Positions 40,248 through 52,163 of a stretch of DNA of 64,000 nt are shown piece after piece. The stretch is from a virus, in IMG/VR virus record IMGVR_UViG_3300001796_000002. One strand, written 5' to 3'. Each line of letters opens with the position of its first letter. Position 1 is the first letter of the stretch. Below the pieces are notes generated by a model that saw only the letters and a list, made by a program, of their open reading frames with translations, was not told the origin of the DNA and ran no database searches. The translations under genes were made by a program, and so were the position numbers.

Positions 40248-40637
40248 ATGGCAGATGTACATCAAATATTCAACGACACCACAAAAGACCTGCTGTTTGC
40301 AATCCTGACAGCATTAGGAGGCTCTATGATTGACGTTAAAGGAATTTATCATGATTCGAGAGATGACCTCTTATACGCGATACTAGAGCGTTTGGACGGT
40401 ACCGCAGGACTGGTAAAAAAGGTTGCTGTATTTACAGTGATTTCTAATATTGAAAACCGGTTTGTTTCAAACTACCAAAATATTGTAGGTGCTAACGGTG
40501 TACTGATTAATATCGGTAGCCAATTTGTTGATACCTCTATAACAGACAACCGTTACGCTTTACCTAACCTGGAAACCGGTGATATTGATTTCCCGCCCTT
40601 GTATCAAGGTGAACAAGTAATCATTTTAAAATACTGA
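40248..40637 (+). CDS. Hypothetical structural protein (copy 3)
   Basis: Copy of 1328..1717. Confidence 0.6.
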   Translation: MADVHQIFNDTTKDLLFAILTALGGSMIDVKGIYHDSRDDLLYAILERLDGTAGLVKKVAVFTVISNIENRFVSNYQNIVGANGVLINIGSQFVDTSITDNRYALPNLETGDIDFPPLYQGEQVIILKY

Positions 40638-40639
40638 TC

Positions 40640-43600
40640 ATGAAAAGAATTTTGTTGATCCTAACCATGGCTATCAACGCATTTTTTTGCGTTATGGTCC
40701 ATGGACAAACTGTACCTACTGAGCAACCGCAACGTGTACAGCATCCATACTACCAGTATGATGGATTTATTGAAGCAAAAAAAGGGATTTTGTTACCACG
40801 TAGGATAGCAAACTTTACACCTAAATCACCGGTGCTTATTTATGATACGGTGTCGGGAAAAGTGTCTGTTTACTTTGGTGGGTGGAAGTCATTCCAGAAT
40901 GTGGCATATACATCGGACTACAACGATCTTATCAACCGTCCTGATCTTACTCAGTATGTTCCTACGAGTAGAACAATCAACGGTTATTCACTAACAAGCA
41001 ATATCACCATAAACAAAGTGGATATTGGCTTAGGTAATGTTCAGAATGTTGATGTAACAAATGCAGGTAACATTACATCAGGCACTTTGTCCGATGCTAG
41101 GCTATCAGCCAATGTTACATTACAAGGGAATACATTCAACGGTGCAAATCAGTTGTTACAATTGGATGCCGGTGGTAAGGTCGCTTACGCTAACTTACCG
41201 GCTTCACTGATGATCTATAAGGGTGTTTGGGATGCTTCAACAAATACACCAACGCTTGCAGATGGATCAGGAGTGAATGGATGGGTGTATCGTGTGCATC
41301 CGGGGGGTACTGTAAATTTTGGTTCCGGTAACATCACATTTTTATCAGGGGACTATGTTATTTATAATGGATCAGTTTGGCAGAAAAGTGCCGGTGGTGA
41401 TGCTGTAACATCTGTCAATGGTCAACAAGGTGTAGTTGTGTTAACTACTGCAAATATTGCGGAAGGTGGAACAAACTACTACTATACAAACACACGGGTA
41501 CAAACATTTGGTGATACTAGGTATAGTCTGCTCAATCATGAACACGTCTATTCTGATATTGCTAATCTCAGCAGTTACACGGGTTTTGATGTTAGATACA
41601 AACCTATCAGTTATGTTCCTGCATGGTCTGAAATCACAGGTAAGCCATCATTTGCGACAGTAGCAATAAGTGGATCTTATACTGATTTAAGCGGAACGCC
41701 CACACTTGGTTCATTATCTGCACTCAGTAGTATTGGCAACACATATATCACAGATGTAGCCTGGTCAAAAGTAACCGGTGCTCCATCTTTTTTAACTACT
41801 GAAAATGATCCTGTTTATACTGCATCATCATGGTATAGCACTACTAATAATGCAAGCAACTGGAATACAGCTTATGCATGGGGCAACTATGCGAATCGTA
41901 CACTTACAATCAATGGCACAACCTATGATCTTTCAACCAACAGATCGTGGTCTGTTGGAACTGTAACAGGAACAGGTACTTCTGGTAATATACCTCTTTG
42001 GAATAATGCTAGTGATATTGGAAATAGTGTAATGGTACAAAGTGGTGGGGCTATCTATAATTACGGAAGATTTCATGGACATACTGGAAATACTGGAACA
42101 TCATATAGTAATATGCAGATAGAAGCATATAGCTCATCAGGCGCTACTGGTGTAGCAGGTTATTCGTTTCATATTGGAGGCTTTACTGCACAATCTTTGT
42201 ATCTAACAGCAAGTGGAAATGTAACTTTAAGCACTGGTTTAAATATACAAGGTGCTGCATCTATCTCTGGTTCAACTTCAATATCTGGTCCTGCAAATAT
42301 TACTGGAACTATACATGCTAATCAGGCGGGTGCAAATATTCGTCTTTACTCGGATGGCACAACAGCAAACGATGGTTTTGTGGGGGTTTCTGGTAGCAAT
42401 ATATACTTAACAAATTGGAATGGAACAAGGGGGGTTACTATTGGAGCTGATAACGCAGGTTTTACTCATTCTGTAACAGCTGCAAACTTAGTAAACTCAA
42501 AAGGCTTTAGCGCATTAAATAAATCATCAAGTTCAGCAAATGATGTTGTTACAGTTTATGCTCCAACAGGTGCAAGTTATTCTGATGATGGTAGTACGGG
42601 CGCAATTAAAATAAGACTTCCATTTAAGGCAGCGAACCCTATGTGGACAATGAAAGTCAGAATTTACAACTATTCTACTCACCAAACTTCTGAATATCTT
42701 TTAGGAAACTATTCTTATTCTGATGGCGGTTATAATTATTCCGCTTCATTTTCTGGTGGTTCTAATGCCTCTCCACTAACTGTAAGATTTGGTAATGATG
42801 GAACGTATGATTGCGTATGGATTGGTGAAACAAATACTGTTTGGACATATCCAGTAATTAGTGTTGTTGATTACACTGCTGGATTTAGATCAGCTGGTGT
42901 ATTTCAAGCTAAAGATTGGAATATATCCATAGTAACATCTTTTGGCACTGTGGCAGTTGCCACAAGTCCAGCCATTCGATTCTCAGATGTATATGCTTCA
43001 TCGTTTAATGGTTCTGCATCAGGTTTAACAGGTACAGCTAGTAGTTTGACTGCTGGTAATAGTAACGGGTTAGGAGGATACTCTGTTAACTTAACTTCAA
43101 ACGGAACAACTATTTCAAACACATTAATAGGTTTTGAAAGCGGTGTTATAAAACCATTTGCTTCTGGAGCAGTACAATCATTCTTAGGTCTTGGTTCTGC
43201 TGCATATACTGCAAGTTCTGCATATGAAGTACCTCTATCATTTTCAACTGGACTTAACAGAAGTGGCAACACTATCACAAATACGGGTGTAACTTCTTTA
43301 ACTGGAACATCGAACCAAATTGCGGTATCAGCTGCTACAGGATCAGTTACAGTAAGTCTTACCAACAATGTTGTAATACCAGGCACAATCACATCATCTG
43401 CTAGTTATGAAAGTTCAGACCGTAGGTTAAAACGAGCATTATCCGGAACAAGGTTAATTGGTCAAATTGAATCGCTCCAGGCTCGGTTATATGTAAAGGA
43501 TGGAAGGGATGAGTACGGATATTACGCTCAGGATGCACTGAAAATTATCCCTACAGCCGTAAAGCAGAGAGCAGATGGCTATTATGATCTGTCCTACACT

Positions 43601-43684
43601 CAGGTGTTCGTTGTAAAAATTGCATCACTTGAAAAACGTGTAGCGGAACTGGAAACATTACTTAAAAAAATCTACGGAAAATGA
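40640..43684 (+). CDS. Fibre/spike protein with S74-type chaperone (copy 3)
   Basis: Copy of 1720..4764. Confidence 0.85.
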   Translation: MKRILLILTMAINAFFCVMVHGQTVPTEQPQRVQHPYYQYDGFIEAKKGILLPRRIANFTPKSPVLIYDTVSGKVSVYFGGWKSFQNVAYTSDYNDLINRPDLTQYVPTSRTINGYSLTSNITINKVDIGLGNVQNVDVTNAGNITSGTLSDARLSANVTLQGNTFNGANQLLQLDAGGKVAYANLPASLMIYKGVWDASTNTPTLADGSGVNGWVYRVHPGGTVNFGSGNITFLSGDYVIYNGSVWQKSAGGDAVTSVNGQQGVVVLTTANIAEGGTNYYYTNTRVQTFGDTRYSLLNHEHVYSDIANLSSYTGFDVRYKPISYVPAWSEITGKPSFATVAISGSYTDLSGTPTLGSLSALSSIGNTYITDVAWSKVTGAPSFLTTENDPVYTASSWYSTTNNASNWNTAYAWGNYANRTLTINGTTYDLSTNRSWSVGTVTGTGTSGNIPLWNNASDIGNSVMVQSGGAIYNYGRFHGHTGNTGTSYSNMQIEAYSSSGATGVAGYSFHIGGFTAQSLYLTASGNVTLSTGLNIQGAASISGSTSISGPANITGTIHANQAGANIRLYSDGTTANDGFVGVSGSNIYLTNWNGTRGVTIGADNAGFTHSVTAANLVNSKGFSALNKSSSSANDVVTVYAPTGASYSDDGSTGAIKIRLPFKAANPMWTMKVRIYNYSTHQTSEYLLGNYSYSDGGYNYSASFSGGSNASPLTVRFGNDGTYDCVWIGETNTVWTYPVISVVDYTAGFRSAGVFQAKDWNISIVTSFGTVAVATSPAIRFSDVYASSFNGSASGLTGTASSLTAGNSNGLGGYSVNLTSNGTTISNTLIGFESGVIKPFASGAVQSFLGLGSAAYTASSAYEVPLSFSTGLNRSGNTITNTGVTSLTGTSNQIAVSAATGSVTVSLTNNVVIPGTITSSASYESSDRRLKRALSGTRLIGQIESLQARLYVKDGRDEYGYYAQDALKIIPTAVKQRADGYYDLSYTQVFVVKIASLEKRVAELETLLKKIYGK

Positions 43685-44355
43685 AAAAGCTAATCACGAT
43701 CTGTGCGCTGATCCTGATCACTGCACTATGTTCATTCACCACTCACTTTTTCTCCTGGGCATCACTTGCAAGCAATCAACATATTTCGCTGAATAACTTG
43801 AAGGATGCAGTAGACAATGGCGTATTCAACTTAAAAAATGCGATACCTGCCGGCACGAAGCTGATTACAAAAAATGATGCAGTGTACTACGTGTACCTGA
43901 ATGAATCCTATTCCCCATATGCAGGTAAAGCAAGCAATCAGCATGTAACAAAATCTGATCTGCAAGCAAATACAACTTATACACTTCATGTCTACGGTGT
44001 ACCTGGTGTTGGTTGTCAAGATGCTGTATTATGGCTAGTGGCTAACACTACCGTTCCATGCGATGCATCATTACAGTTTGATTGGTGTGCAGATAATGGT
44101 TCAACAGGTACACATACACTTACGATCCCATCCGGACAAACATCTGTAAGCCTTAACGTGAATACCGGTGATTATGGCGGTACCGGTTGCGTTGGTACGG
44201 ATGTTCGCATCAAACCCAACAGTTTATCATTTAGCAATACCTGTAGTCCCGATCCACACACTTGGCGTGTTACATCGGATACATGGGATAATGGATGTAA
44301 CTATTCGCTACCGGCAAGTACACAAGTGATCTGTGTAAAAGGTTGCCCTATTTAA
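43681..44355 (+). CDS. Secreted Cys-rich protein (copy 3)
   Basis: Copy of 4761..5435. Confidence 0.7.
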   Translation: MKKLITICALILITALCSFTTHFFSWASLASNQHISLNNLKDAVDNGVFNLKNAIPAGTKLITKNDAVYYVYLNESYSPYAGKASNQHVTKSDLQANTTYTLHVYGVPGVGCQDAVLWLVANTTVPCDASLQFDWCADNGSTGTHTLTIPSGQTSVSLNVNTGDYGGTGCVGTDVRIKPNSLSFSNTCSPDPHTWRVTSDTWDNGCNYSLPASTQVICVKGCPI

Positions 44356-44379
44356 TGTAAATTTTAAAACCATCATAAC

Positions 44380-44763
44380 ATGAAAAGAACAATTTTATTG
44401 ACAGCATTAGCAAGCGTTTCACTGGCCACAATCGCACAAAAAGTAGAGCCTGTAAAATCTGCACCAGCAACGGCTGTACAGGCTGCAAAAACCAACACAA
44501 CAGATACTTTGGTGATCGAGAAAGTGAAGTTTATCAAAATCGGTGAAAAGGTATTTTCAGTTGCAGACCTGGGCAATCCTGGCAACGTTGCACTGATTGT
44601 ACCCATCGAGTGGATCGCAGAAAATTATGAGTACCTGGATAATTCCAGTGGTGGCTATTCAAAGAAGCAATTAGAGCAGCTACAGAAGCCATTGGCACCA
44701 TGGTACCGGTATTATGTTGACTGGCTACAGCAGCAAAGACAACAAGCGAAAAAGCAGGAGTGA
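44380..44763 (+). CDS. Secreted hypothetical protein (copy 3)
   Basis: Copy of 5460..5843. Confidence 0.7.
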   Translation: MKRTILLTALASVSLATIAQKVEPVKSAPATAVQAAKTNTTDTLVIEKVKFIKIGEKVFSVADLGNPGNVALIVPIEWIAENYEYLDNSSGGYSKKQLEQLQKPLAPWYRYYVDWLQQQRQQAKKQE

Positions 44764-45424
44764 GTTCAGTTGGTTTCTCACCTGCGGCGGTGCTACCCGG
44801 TAGTACCGCTTTTTTATTTGATAGGATCCTGAATGTAACCACTAATTGTGCGTTGCTGCAGCAACATAAAAAAAGCAGATGCGGGATCCCAAATTTGGAA
44901 GTTTCAGAATTATCACTACTTTTATACCGCAACAGAATACTCAAGGGTGGTAACGCCCGATTTTGTGGGCTTTTTTTATGCCCTCACCCATAAGCGGTGT
45001 CATACCCCCGTTAACCGGTTGTAATGACCGGTTTCAGCCCTTGAGTGGACTGTTGCAACGGGAAAGGTGGCACCGCTTTTAATTCGCCCCTATAAGCAAA
45101 AAAACACTCATTTATGAACAACCCACAAAGAAACCTGAGTACAAAGGAAAATTCCTTACAGGTATTGACACCCGAAATGCAACGTCTTGTCAAGGGTCTT
45201 GACCTGATGCCGCTCGAAGATTTACCTTTTCATTTACGTGCTGTGCATGATCATGTGGTTCACCATTCGACCACAGATTTGGATGAAAATCTACGCACAT
45301 CATTGTATCACTTAAACTGGCTTGCTATGGAACTACATGGAGCGCATGTAATGGCAGGTAAGTAATTTTTTATTTACTTATCCCCCCAAAGTAAAGCCCT
45401 ACCCCAAAGGGCTTTTTTTATGCC

Positions 45425-46495
45425 CTATATCACTGGAAAATTATTGATCAATTGTACACAATCTTCCACCCCTAAACTTTTTAAATATTCATCGAAGACT
45501 TTTAAGTCACTATGCCCTTTCTGCAACTGTAGCTGTTTATGTGGTATGCCACTCATAGCGCTTTCCCTGATACCGGTGTGAACCCATGAATAAAATCCAT
45601 ACCGATTTGAAATATTGAGTTGGTCTAATATTTTACGATGCCGCTTTGTAAGGTTATTCATAGATAACATTTGTGAACCAGGTTGACCGTGTTTTGAAAA
45701 TATAAACCATTCAGATGGATAGCCCCTGAACTTATTTATAATGTCTTGCATCGGTACCGGTATTGCTTTACGCAAAACATCATCATCCTTTGTTATGCGC
45801 ACACCGGCTTCAACTCTCATTTCATCGAACAGAATATTTTCGATCCTTAACTGTCTGATCTCAGCAGGTCGGAAAAAAAGATAATACTGAAACAATATCG
45901 CATCCCATAACTGCGGGTCTTGTTCGATTACTTTTTCTTTGATGGTTGCAACCTGATTAGGGTGGAAGGGTAGTAGACTCTGAGATTTTAATTTCTTCAC
46001 CTTTATTCCCTCGAACGGATTGTGTGGGTATCTCAGTTGTTTGACAAGGTCTTTAAACAAACAGCCTAAAAATATTTTTGCTTTCAGAATATAATTATTG
46101 TGATAATCCTGCTCATACATGAATCGAATGTACTCAGCCGGTGATATATCCGGTTTTTTTGCCTTTGCCGGTCTATACCATTCAGAGAACTTTTTCAAGT
46201 GAGAAAAATAGCATTGGTACGATTTTTTGGCTAGGGATGGTCGTTTGTATTCCAATGCTGCATCGAGATTACCAATCAGGTCGGTTCGTTGCCTGATTTC
46301 TACTCTCTGTGGGTCTGTTAACTTTTTAATCAATTTGCGAGCTTCCCGCATCCGTTCGGCAACGGTAGAAAGTTTGTTCAACTTTCCATAAACTTTTTGT
46401 GGTCTTCCGGCTTTGTCCTGGTATTGAACAAACCAAGTTTTAGAAATGTCCCGACTTAGCGGATACAGTTTTGGAAAAAAATTTTTTTTATCCAT
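45425..46495 (-). CDS. int: Tyrosine integrase (copy 3)
   Basis: Copy of 6505..7575. Confidence 0.9.
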   Translation of the reverse strand: MDKKNFFPKLYPLSRDISKTWFVQYQDKAGRPQKVYGKLNKLSTVAERMREARKLIKKLTDPQRVEIRQRTDLIGNLDAALEYKRPSLAKKSYQCYFSHLKKFSEWYRPAKAKKPDISPAEYIRFMYEQDYHNNYILKAKIFLGCLFKDLVKQLRYPHNPFEGIKVKKLKSQSLLPFHPNQVATIKEKVIEQDPQLWDAILFQYYLFFRPAEIRQLRIENILFDEMRVEAGVRITKDDDVLRKAIPVPMQDIINKFRGYPSEWFIFSKHGQPGSQMLSMNNLTKRHRKILDQLNISNRYGFYSWVHTGIRESAMSGIPHKQLQLQKGHSDLKVFDEYLKSLGVEDCVQLINNFPVI

Positions 46496-46629
46496 GATGA
46501 AAATTTCTGTGTGAAGCCCCTGCGAGCTGTACAGATAATCACGGACGGTTAACAATTAGTCTATGCCGTTCTATTCATAGACTTTCGGAAATCTGAAACC
46601 CTTGCGAGACAAGGGTTTCAGCCGTTTCA

Positions 46630-46645
46630 GTGGAGTCGAGGGGAG
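46630..46645 (-). other. Putative attP core (copy 3)
   Basis: Copy of 7710..7725. Confidence 0.65.
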
Positions 46646-46710
46646 AACCACGACCCTGTGATTACCAACACCTTGCACATTCTATAGAATGATACAGAGC
46701 AAAATTTGTT

Positions 46711-47022
46711 CTACTTACTTTTTTCTGTTTTTAACTGCTGTTTCAGTTTCAATATTTCCTCCATTCGTTTGTGATCCTTTTCCAGTAATTCATAATACTT
46801 TTCTTTAAAGCCATCATCAGTGGAGTTTGTACCGGTACACTGAAAGAAGTCACATATTGTGCAACCCAATACAACAGCACATTTTTCTAATTTCTTGACG
46901 GACATAGTATCGTTCTTAATTGCGGCAAAAAATCCCGTCTCAGTCATATCTATCAATACAGCTAATTTTTTGAGTGAAACCCTTTTGGAAGCTGCTATTT
47001 TCTTGAGTAAAGAATAATCCAT
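46711..47022 (-). CDS. XRE repressor (copy 3)
   Basis: Copy of 7791..8102. Confidence 0.8.
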   Translation of the reverse strand: MDYSLLKKIAASKRVSLKKLAVLIDMTETGFFAAIKNDTMSVKKLEKCAVVLGCTICDFFQCTGTNSTDDGFKEKYYELLEKDHKRMEEILKLKQQLKTEKSK

Positions 47023-48589
47023 AAAAAATAATTGGTGCAATATTTTGTAGTCTGGTGCAAAATATTATACCTTGTGGTGGAATCAATTTTGTACCCGACC
47101 GCAAAAATGCGGTTAACGGAAAAATAAAACTATTAAACTACATGGACAACAAAACACCTATCCACCCAAAGTACCGGGTAGCGGAATTACTGCGTAAGAA
47201 GTACGGAGAATTGAACACAAGGCAAGGGATTAGCGATCTGACAAAACACTGTAATCTTCGTAGTGAACGAACGGTGCAAGAATGGATGAAGGCAGAGGCT
47301 GGGTCTACATTTGAAATCAGTCATTTCGTGATTAAACAAGTCCTAACATTCTTCGAGTTACAAAAGGCAAGCCAACTGATTACTACGCAGCACAAGGAAC
47401 TGTTAAAGCGTGATGAAAAAACCATTATATGAGTGTTACATCACCCATGCCATTATACCGACTCAGGCAGTTGATATATGGTAAGTATGGCGAAGAAAAG
47501 TTTGCATTGGGATGTGAAATAACAGCCCGATGGATAGCTTTTGAAACACGCAAACCTTGCACGATGGAAGATGTACAGTTTTGGTGTAATGTGCTTACAG
47601 AAGAAATGACTACCGATAATAGCCTACCCATCACCATACCGCAAATGAAAGCCATCATGCAACTTTTCGGTGTAACAAACGAAATGGAAATTTTCAATAA
47701 CTATTCAATTGAAATTTTATGAGCTATTCAATTCAGTATTACGATAATGTTTTAAAGGAAACTAGAACTGTATGGTTTGCGGAGAAAACAAACCTAGTTG
47801 ACGTTTCTTCCATATGCGAGTGCATGTCTTCATCTGTCTTTATGTATACAGAAATAACACTCTTAGAAATTGACCACAACAATCAACAAAAAATAGTTCA
47901 TAAATACAATTAACCTACCATGAATACAAAAATTCAACATCAGGATGAACTTGCCATCGAGGCAATGAGTGACGAACTTCGATCACTTATCTATTATGGA
48001 CTTTGCGCTCTCAGGGTCGATCTTGACCGTACAGAAATATCAGCTTCACTATACAGCATTGATTCTAATGTAAAATGCTTTCGTAACAACGTGAAGGTTG
48101 CAACTGATAATCACATCGAATACATGAAGAGCCTATCTGAACGAATTAAGCAACCTCTTTCACTTGTTAACTCATTTGCAGAAAGAAGTTAATGCACTAT
48201 CAAGCCGAAAAATATAATTCTGAATTGCTTAACCTGCAATCGCTTATTAACGATTGGCGAAGTGATGCAGATGCCTATGAATTAAAAATAGAGCAAGCTG
48301 CTAAAGAAGGTAAGCCCGTTGCAGGTATGGAAACCTATCACACTAAGCAGCTACAGAAAATTAATCGAATAGAATCATTTGCAAGTGCAGCACATACATT
48401 CATATCCGCAATGCAGTCACATATTAACCTGATGAAGGTTAACAGCCTGGAACATCAATATAATACCAAATTATCAACCAACCGTACCCGAATATGTGAC
48501 CTTCCGGACGGTCCAAATACCATGCACCTAGAGGTCATGGAAACCCTCACGGAAATTCTTTATAGAATGGACAAAAAAACTATCTACTA

Positions 48590-49828
48590 ATGGCTAAAGA
48601 AAAAGTTGAAATAAAAACTCCCTTCAAACAAATGATGGATTGGCTTTTTAGTCAATATGACTTCAAGCGTGATCTATTAAAAAATGCTGTTCATTTCAAG
48701 CCCACCGGTGATAAAGAATTTAAAGAGTTAACTGATGATGATATCAATACGATATCCATCACAATGGAACTGAAAGGATTGAAAAAATTTGCTGAGAAAG
48801 ACATTTGCCGCGCTATATATAGCAGCTTTAATCCTGGTAACTATGATCCGCTAAAAACATACTTCAATCGAATTTCAAAGAAAAATCCCAAAGGTGCCAT
48901 TGATAAGCTAGCCGCTACGATTAAGACCACAAATACCGAATTGTGGAATAAGTACCTAAAAAAATGGTTAGTCGCATGTGTTGCTAATTACATGGAAATA
49001 AAGGGGTGTCAAAATCACACTTGCCTTGTCCTTACCGGTGGACAGGGTAAGGGTAAAACAACCTGGTTAAATGGTATATGCCCTCCTGAACTAAACCCTG
49101 CATACATCTACACCGGTCGCCTCGATCTGAGCAAGCAATCAGATACAAATTTCAAACTAGCGGACTACTGGTTTATCAATATTGAGGAACAAATGAAAAA
49201 CCTTAATAGGCAAGATGCGAACGCTGTAAAGGCACTTATAACCCTTTCTGATATCAAAGGTCGTAAGCCTTACGGTCGTATAGAAGTTTCAGCCAGAAGA
49301 CTTGCAAATTTTATGGGTAGTACCAATGATGATGATTTTATTACTGATGAAACCGGAAGCCGCCGTTTTCTTCCTTTCAAAGTAACAGATATCAACTTAC
49401 CTGGCTTTAAAAAAATTGATATAGATGAAGTATGGTCGGAAGCCTTTCGATTATACGAAAGTGGTTTTGTTTACTGGATCACTCAGGATGATCAGATTGA
49501 ATTGGAAGCAAATAACAAGGAATACATTAACCATACTCAGGAACATGAATATGTGAATATTTATTGCTCAGTTCCAAAGGATGAAACTGATGCAACTCAT
49601 GTTGTACCTGCAAGTGTGCTGCGTGATTTTATACAATTTGAAACAACCAATAAGAACCTACGTGATAGAAACATTGGTGTAGCACTTTCACAGATAGGAT
49701 TTAAACAGGTTACACACCGTTTCCACTGGATCACCTACCCAATGAAAGCATGGTTAATAAAACTCAATGAACCTACAGGCAATGCGAGCCTGAATAAATA
49801 TTTAATTGAACCACAACAAAAATCCTAA
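48590..49828 (+). CDS. VapE-family helicase (copy 3)
   Basis: Copy of 9670..10908. Confidence 0.9.
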   Translation: MAKEKVEIKTPFKQMMDWLFSQYDFKRDLLKNAVHFKPTGDKEFKELTDDDINTISITMELKGLKKFAEKDICRAIYSSFNPGNYDPLKTYFNRISKKNPKGAIDKLAATIKTTNTELWNKYLKKWLVACVANYMEIKGCQNHTCLVLTGGQGKGKTTWLNGICPPELNPAYIYTGRLDLSKQSDTNFKLADYWFINIEEQMKNLNRQDANAVKALITLSDIKGRKPYGRIEVSARRLANFMGSTNDDDFITDETGSRRFLPFKVTDINLPGFKKIDIDEVWSEAFRLYESGFVYWITQDDQIELEANNKEYINHTQEHEYVNIYCSVPKDETDATHVVPASVLRDFIQFETTNKNLRDRNIGVALSQIGFKQVTHRFHWITYPMKAWLIKLNEPTGNASLNKYLIEPQQKS

Positions 49829-50236
49829 TCATGAACAAAAAATTGAATCCCACACCACCAATTAGTCCCATTGCTTTGGAAATCGAAAATGAACTTTCAA
49901 GACTGATTACGAAAGCGAATAACAACGACATTACACTCATTGCCTGTATCTCTATCTCTGATCCTGATAACAAGGGTTATCAATTTAACCATGCAAAGTT
50001 TACGGGCGAATCCGAAGAGGTATTAAACAGCATAAATTATCTAATGCAAGAAATTCTTATTGATATAGCAAAAGCTGAAAATAACTACTCTCAAAATTAA
50101 CCAACCAATGAAACCAAAGCAAACACTAAGAAGTAGAATCACAACCCTACTACGAAACTTGACTACTAAGAAGAAAAAGCCAAAAAGTAGGGAAACAATT
50201 ATTTCAATCAGACGATAACAATAAAAATCAAAAAAT

Positions 50237-50668
50237 ATGTTGTTAGGATTTAAAAACCAATTTGTCACCCCGATACTTCAAGACACAAAGTTGCATACAA
50301 TTCGTGACGATATTCACAATAGATGGCAACCAGGTAAGACGATACAAATGTGTACAGGATTGAGAACAAAAGACCTGAATATTTTTAATACCAAGACTTG
50401 TATTTCGACACAATCCATCATCATTAACGCGAAGAAACGAACAGTTGATATAATCGTACCATTTAGAATTAGAGAAGAAAGAGTTGAGTTGTCTGATGGA
50501 AATATTTATTGGTTAGCAATTAACGATGGCTTTACCAATGAAGGAGAATTCTGGAGTTGGTTTTACTTAGACCTCAAAGATAAACCAGGTTTAGAGGGCA
50601 AAAAGAAACTGATCCATTGGACACATCTAACCTACCCAATTGAAGGTATTTCAGATTTACCATTTTAA
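50237..50668 (+). CDS. ASCH-like protein (copy 3)
   Basis: Copy of 11317..11748. Confidence 0.7.
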   Translation: MLLGFKNQFVTPILQDTKLHTIRDDIHNRWQPGKTIQMCTGLRTKDLNIFNTKTCISTQSIIINAKKRTVDIIVPFRIREERVELSDGNIYWLAINDGFTNEGEFWSWFYLDLKDKPGLEGKKKLIHWTHLTYPIEGISDLPF

Positions 50669-50670
50669 CT

Positions 50671-50985
50671 ATGCCAATCAACTACAAGGAATATCATCCA
50701 AAGTGGACACTTATCAGAAGATTAATTCTGCAACGTGCAGACAATTGTTGTGAAGGTTCTCCAAAATTTCATTTGTGCAGAGCTGCGAATAATCAACCGC
50801 ATCCTGAAACCGGAAGTAAAGTGATACTGACTATTGCACACTTGAATCATGATAAGAATGATAACAGGTTTTCTAACCTCAAAGCATTGTGCCAACGATG
50901 CCATTTACATCATGATATAGGGAATCACATATTCAATCGAAAGTATGGTCGGGATACCAAGAGATTAAACGGAAAATTATTTTAA
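50671..50985 (+). CDS. HNH endonuclease (copy 3)
   Basis: Copy of 11751..12065. Confidence 0.85.
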   Translation: MPINYKEYHPKWTLIRRLILQRADNCCEGSPKFHLCRAANNQPHPETGSKVILTIAHLNHDKNDNRFSNLKALCQRCHLHHDIGNHIFNRKYGRDTKRLNGKLF

Positions 50986-51700
50986 TGAAGAAACCCTATA
51001 AAACATATAATGGAGGGAAAAACGGATCAGGAGTATATCAGCAAATAATTAACCAGATTCCACAGCACAAGATATTCATAAGTGGCTTTTGCGGCAATTG
51101 TGGTGTCCTGGCTCATAAGCTGCCGGCTTCCATGGCCAACATCGCAATCGATCTTGATAATGCAGTAACTCAAAAATGGTCGATAATTCCAGGAATATCT
51201 TCCATTAATGCAGATTGTATCAGCTTTATTTCAAATTGCCTACAATTCATACAAATTGCTTCCCCCAACCTAATTGATGAAATTGTTATTTACCTCGATC
51301 CTCCTTACCTACAGGAAACCAGAAAAGGAAATAAAGCCTTATATAAACATGAAATGAATGATATCGCATCTCACAAAATATGCTGCTCGATATTATGTGT
51401 TGGCCTGTTAAAGTCATACTAAGCCATTATCCTTGTGATTTATACAATACCTTACTTAAGGATTGGAGAATTCATGATTTTGAAGCTATGACCAGAAACG
51501 GAAAAAGAACAGAAAGGCTTTACATGAACTATCCTGAACCTGATCAGCTACATGACTACAGGTACTTAGGAAAAGATTTTCGTGAAAGAGAACTATACAA
51601 AAAGATGCGTTCTAATGTGGTTAATAAGTTCAAGCGAATGAATATCCTGGAAAGAAACATGATTCTCGAATCATTAAAAGAGAGCTGGCATCATAAGTAA
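50985..51700 (+). pseudogene. Frameshifted adenine methyltransferase (copy 3)
   Basis: Copy of 12065..12780. Confidence 0.75.
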
Positions 51701-51809
51701 GCATGATACAGGCTTACAGCAAAAATAAATGCGATACAGCCGGCTGTATCGCAAAATAATATGTTAGCTGCAGACACCACATAAATAAATGATGGCACCA
51801 GGTTGTACA

Positions 51810-52163
51810 TTATTCCTTTTTGGGATCATTAAACTTAATCAGTGTACCCGTTCTGCCATCTTCTGTGATGATAGCATCGTACTCTAATTTTCCTTTCTTT
51901 TGTTTCCTGTTGGCATTACTGATTAAAGCATCAATCATTTGATATAGGTCTTTATTATCATCCTTTCCATTGAGTGCATTCAACCAGGAACCAAGGTCAT
52001 CTTTAGTAACCTTACCGGTGACAGTGTATTCACGAACCGGTTCAGATAGAATGTAAATTTCAATGCCCTGACGCTTATACACTTTTGCAAGACCCTTGTT
52101 ATCATTTTGCCCGAATAAAGTAACTGATAGCAATAAAGCTATGCAGGTAATGATCTGTTTCAT
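51810..52163 (-). CDS. Secreted moron-like protein (copy 3)
   Basis: Copy of 12890..13243. Confidence 0.7.
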   Translation of the reverse strand: MKQIITCIALLLSVTLFGQNDNKGLAKVYKRQGIEIYILSEPVREYTVTGKVTKDDLGSWLNALNGKDDNKDLYQMIDALISNANRKQKKGKLEYDAIITEDGRTGTLIKFNDPKKE